A program made the position numbers and the translations under genes. Below are positions 52,464 to 54,318 of a stretch of 54,318 nucleotides of DNA, piece by piece. Source of the stretch: Propionibacteriales bacterium (GTDB lineage: Bacteria; Actinomycetota; Actinomycetes; Propionibacteriales; Nocardioidaceae); contig JBBSIF010000001.1 of assembly GCA_038232255.1 (NCBI GenBank), positions 1 to 54,318 on the forward strand, written 5' to 3'. The notes under the pieces were generated by a model. The model searched no databases. It had not been told where the DNA came from and saw only the letters and a program-made list of their open reading frames with translations. How positions within the stretch are numbered: position 1 is the first letter of the stretch; every line of letters starts with the position of its first letter.

Positions 52464-53647
52464 GCGATCGGCATGGAGGTGACGGGGACGATCTGGACAA
52501 CCGATCCGGTGTGCGGCGCGTGCACCAGCTGTCCGTTGCCGATGTACATCCCGACGTGGGACACCGGCGAGTAGTAGAAGACCAGGTCGCCCGGTTGCAG
52601 GTCGGAGATCGCGACTGGGGTGCCCTGCTGGGACTGGACCGACGAGGCGTGGGACAGCGAGACCCCCGCAGCCGCCCAGGCGTACATGGTGAGGCCGGAG
52701 CAGTCGAAGGTACTCGGCCCGGCTGTGCCCCAGACGTATGGCTTGCCCAGCTGTGCGAGCGCTGTCGACACGGCGACCGCCGCCCGGCCACTGGCCGGTG
52801 CCGACGTCGTCGGAGGCGACGAGGAGGTAGTGGGCGAGGACGGAGTCGCCGAGGAGGTAGTCGGCGCGGACGCAGGCGGCGCGGGAGCGGTGCTCGTCGT
52901 CGAGGAGATCGGCGGCCGTGCAATGCTGCGGCTGACTCTCGCCGACCGCGCGGCAGCAGCCGCCGCGGCCTTCCGCTGGAGCGCCAACAGGCGCTGACGC
53001 GCCTGCTCCTCGAGATGCCCGAGCAGCGCCTTGGCGTCGGCCAGCTTGTCCTCGACCGCAGACTTGTGCCGAGCGAGAGCAGCCCGGTCGGACCGGATGG
53101 CCGCCACCTCGCGCTCGGCCTGCTTCTCCTGGACGCCCAGCACGTTCGACTGTTGCTGGAACTGCGTCAGCAGGTCGGCCGAGCGCTGCTCGACGACGGC
53201 GTTCGTGGCCAGCGCATCGATGAACTGGCTGGGGTTGCGCGCCACCAGGAAGGACGAGCTGGTCGACAGGCCACCGCTGCTGGCGTAGTCCGACAGCGCC
53301 GCACCCACGATCTGGCGGCGCAGACTTGCCACGTGGAGGCGCTGACGGTGCACGTCGACCTGCAGTCCGGTCAGCCGCGCGCTGGCCTGCTGCATCTGCA
53401 CCTTGACCGTGTTGTAGGACTCGGCAGCGATCTCCGCCTGATGGTTGAGGGTGTCGAGACGAGCCTTGACCTCGGTGATCGAGGGGCTCGGGCGGCGACC
53501 GTCCGGAACTGCCGTCGGGTCGGCGCTTCCCGGAGCGGGCACAAGGAGCAGCCCGGACAGCAGAGCAGCGCTGGCGGCAATTCCGAGCCGCCTGCCGACG
53601 TGCGGGCTCACCCGACTCAGGTCGCGTTCGTCATGGCCGTTCGACAA
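52442..53647 (-). CDS. RipC-like secreted NlpC/P60 peptidoglycan endopeptidase with N-terminal coiled coil
   Basis: C-terminal NlpC/P60 domain (GKPYVWGTAGPSTFDCSGLTMYAW...GDLVFY...SHVGMYIG..LVHAP), a long coiled-coil region and a signal peptide. I prefer the TTG at 53647, which has AAGAGGAGA 9 nt upstream. The GTG at 53611 is an alternative. Confidence 0.86.
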   Translation of the reverse strand: MSNGHDERDLSRVSPHVGRRLGIAASAALLSGLLLVPAPGSADPTAVPDGRRPSPSITEVKARLDTLNHQAEIAAESYNTVKVQMQQASARLTGLQVDVHRQRLHVASLRRQIVGAALSDYASSGGLSTSSSFLVARNPSQFIDALATNAVVEQRSADLLTQFQQQSNVLGVQEKQAEREVAAIRSDRAALARHKSAVEDKLADAKALLGHLEEQARQRLLALQRKAAAAAAARSARVSRSIARPPISSTTSTAPAPPASAPTTSSATPSSPTTSSSPPTTSAPASGRAAVAVSTALAQLGKPYVWGTAGPSTFDCSGLTMYAWAAAGVSLSHASSVQSQQGTPVAISDLQPGDLVFYYSPVSHVGMYIGNGQLVHAPHTGSVVQIVPVTSMPIAWARRVG

Positions 53648-53654
53648 GGTCGAC

Positions 53655-53750
53655 GGTCTCCTCTTGGCTCGAACGCCCGTGCCTTCAGTCCCCACCCGCA
53701 CGGGCGCGGTCTCCCAGCCCGCCCGGCGTGGCCGGCTTGTGACGGAGACC
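53655..53750 (-). promoter_or_regulatory. Structured 5' leader of the RipC-like gene (SD, decoy, anti-SD and hairpin)
   Basis: On the minus-strand RNA, GGUCUCC (53750-53744) is complementary both to GGAGACC at 53714-53708 and to the SD-containing GGAGACC at 53661-55. A 9-bp hairpin (53674-53682 with 53698-53706, 15-nt loop) lies between the two GGAGACC copies. Confidence 0.3.
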
Positions 53751-53892
53751 AGTGGCTCACAGTACAGACGAGAGCCGCGTGCGGCCAACTGCCGCGCCGG
53801 CCCTGTGGGCGACGGCGATGCTGGATGACGGCTCGCTGACGATGCTGCCCGGCTGCGGGGAGCAGGGCGGGATCCCTGTGCGGCGGAAGCCT

Positions 53893-54318
53893 TCAGCCGA
53901 GCTTGCCGAGGGGTGTGGTGCCGGAGCTGTCGACGACGAAGTGGCATCCGTGGGGTGATCGCCAGAGCCAGACTCCGGAGCGGGGTTGGGTGACTTTCCG
54001 CCGGCCGAAGGTCTTGATGCGATGTTCGTGCCGCCTGGTGTGTGCGAGGTTGCCCATCGAGGTCTGGCCGGGTGGACCGCCGTCGTCGGGCGGCAGGTAG
54101 GGAGTCGTGTGTTCGTTGTCGTCGTGGCGGCTCAGGGAGCAGCTGAACGGGAAGAACCCGGCGGGAGTGCGGAGCCGGATCGCGTCGGCCAGCCGGGTCG
54201 GCACCTCGTCGCAGTCCACCGCCGGGACCACCTCCAGATCCAGCACCGGCTGCAGCCGCACGCTCCGGTCCCCGAGCCAGCCGCGGACCTGCTCCAGCAG
54301 GGCGGGTCCGAGGTCCTC
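53893..54318 (-). CDS. DUF222/HNH-endonuclease (REP13E12-like) family protein, 5' end outside the window, motif-degenerate
   Basis: The frame is open to the window edge. The family pattern is present (VRLQPVLDL...VD.DEVP..L...HTTPY...GGP...NLA..RRHEHRIKT...W.W..P.G). The usual zinc-finger Cys residues (C.FP.C, LCR) are mostly replaced (GFFPFSC, HTR). Confidence 0.65.
   Translation of the reverse strand, partial: EDLGPALLEQVRGWLGDRSVRLQPVLDLEVVPAVDCDEVPTRLADAIRLRTPAGFFPFSCSLSRHDDNEHTTPYLPPDDGGPPGQTSMGNLAHTRRHEHRIKTFGRRKVTQPRSGVWLWRSPHGCHFVVDSSGTTPLGKLG

Noticed and set aside
53648-53892. ydaO-type riboswitch upstream of the RipC-like NlpC/P60 gene.
   Set aside because: There is no GAAUC or GCUAACC core. 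Only a generic hairpin and 7-nt complementarities are present, and these are reported separately as a low-confidence leader structure.
1-54318. Scan for tRNA, rRNA, tmRNA, IS elements, integrases, toxin-antitoxin pairs or defence-system genes.
   Set aside because: I found none. Every intergenic gap over 100 nt was inspected by eye. The only mobile-element-like gene is the degenerate HNH/DUF222 fragment at the right edge.

Overview
This is a very GC-rich actinobacterial chromosome segment. I found no rRNA, tRNA, CRISPR array or intact mobile element by eye. Most of it is conserved core genome.

**Layout**
- 1-18.2 kb, minus strand: a complete division/cell-wall (dcw) cluster. Gene order is mraZ, a small unannotated ORF, rsmH, ftsL-like, ftsI, murE, murF, mraY, murD, ftsW, murG, murC, ftsQ, ftsZ, pgeF, yggS, sepF, yggT. 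Many junctions are 4-nt ATGA/GTGA overlaps.
- 18.4-23.1 kb, plus strand, divergent from mraZ: a MoxR ATPase, DUF58 protein and transglutaminase triad.
- 23-54 kb: gene order follows, from memory, the M. tuberculosis Rv2169c-Rv2190c neighbourhood. It contains DUF3040, an L,D-transpeptidase, polyprenyl synthase, an Rv2175c-like regulator divergent from a PknL-like PASTA kinase, class II DAHP synthase, PFK, an acyltransferase, SRPBCC proteins, a FadD15-like ligase, a PimB-like GT4, an MA-type peptidase lipoprotein and a RipC-like NlpC/P60 endopeptidase.
- Right edge: the window ends inside a degenerate DUF222/HNH gene.

**Least ordinary part, 24.5-31.2 kb**
- A perfect LexA box and promoter drive an uncharacterised small ORF that is start/stop coupled to dnaE2.
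- A SAM methyltransferase and a catalytically intact dinB follow on the same strand. No imuA'/imuB is present in the window.
- The block is bracketed by inverted arrays of a related 22-bp tandem repeat. One array is three copies inside dnaE2, read in all three frames.
- Two further in-frame minisatellites lie in the same block.

**Other points worth checking**
- A strongly coding 53-codon ORF and a 14-bp long-range stem lie in the mraZ-rsmH spacer.
- Four GTGG boxes phased at 10 bp lie at the mraZ start.

**Limits**
- Start codons were chosen by hand from SD motifs, coupling overlaps and the point where N-terminal homology begins.
- Family assignments rest on motifs recognised by eye, not on database searches.
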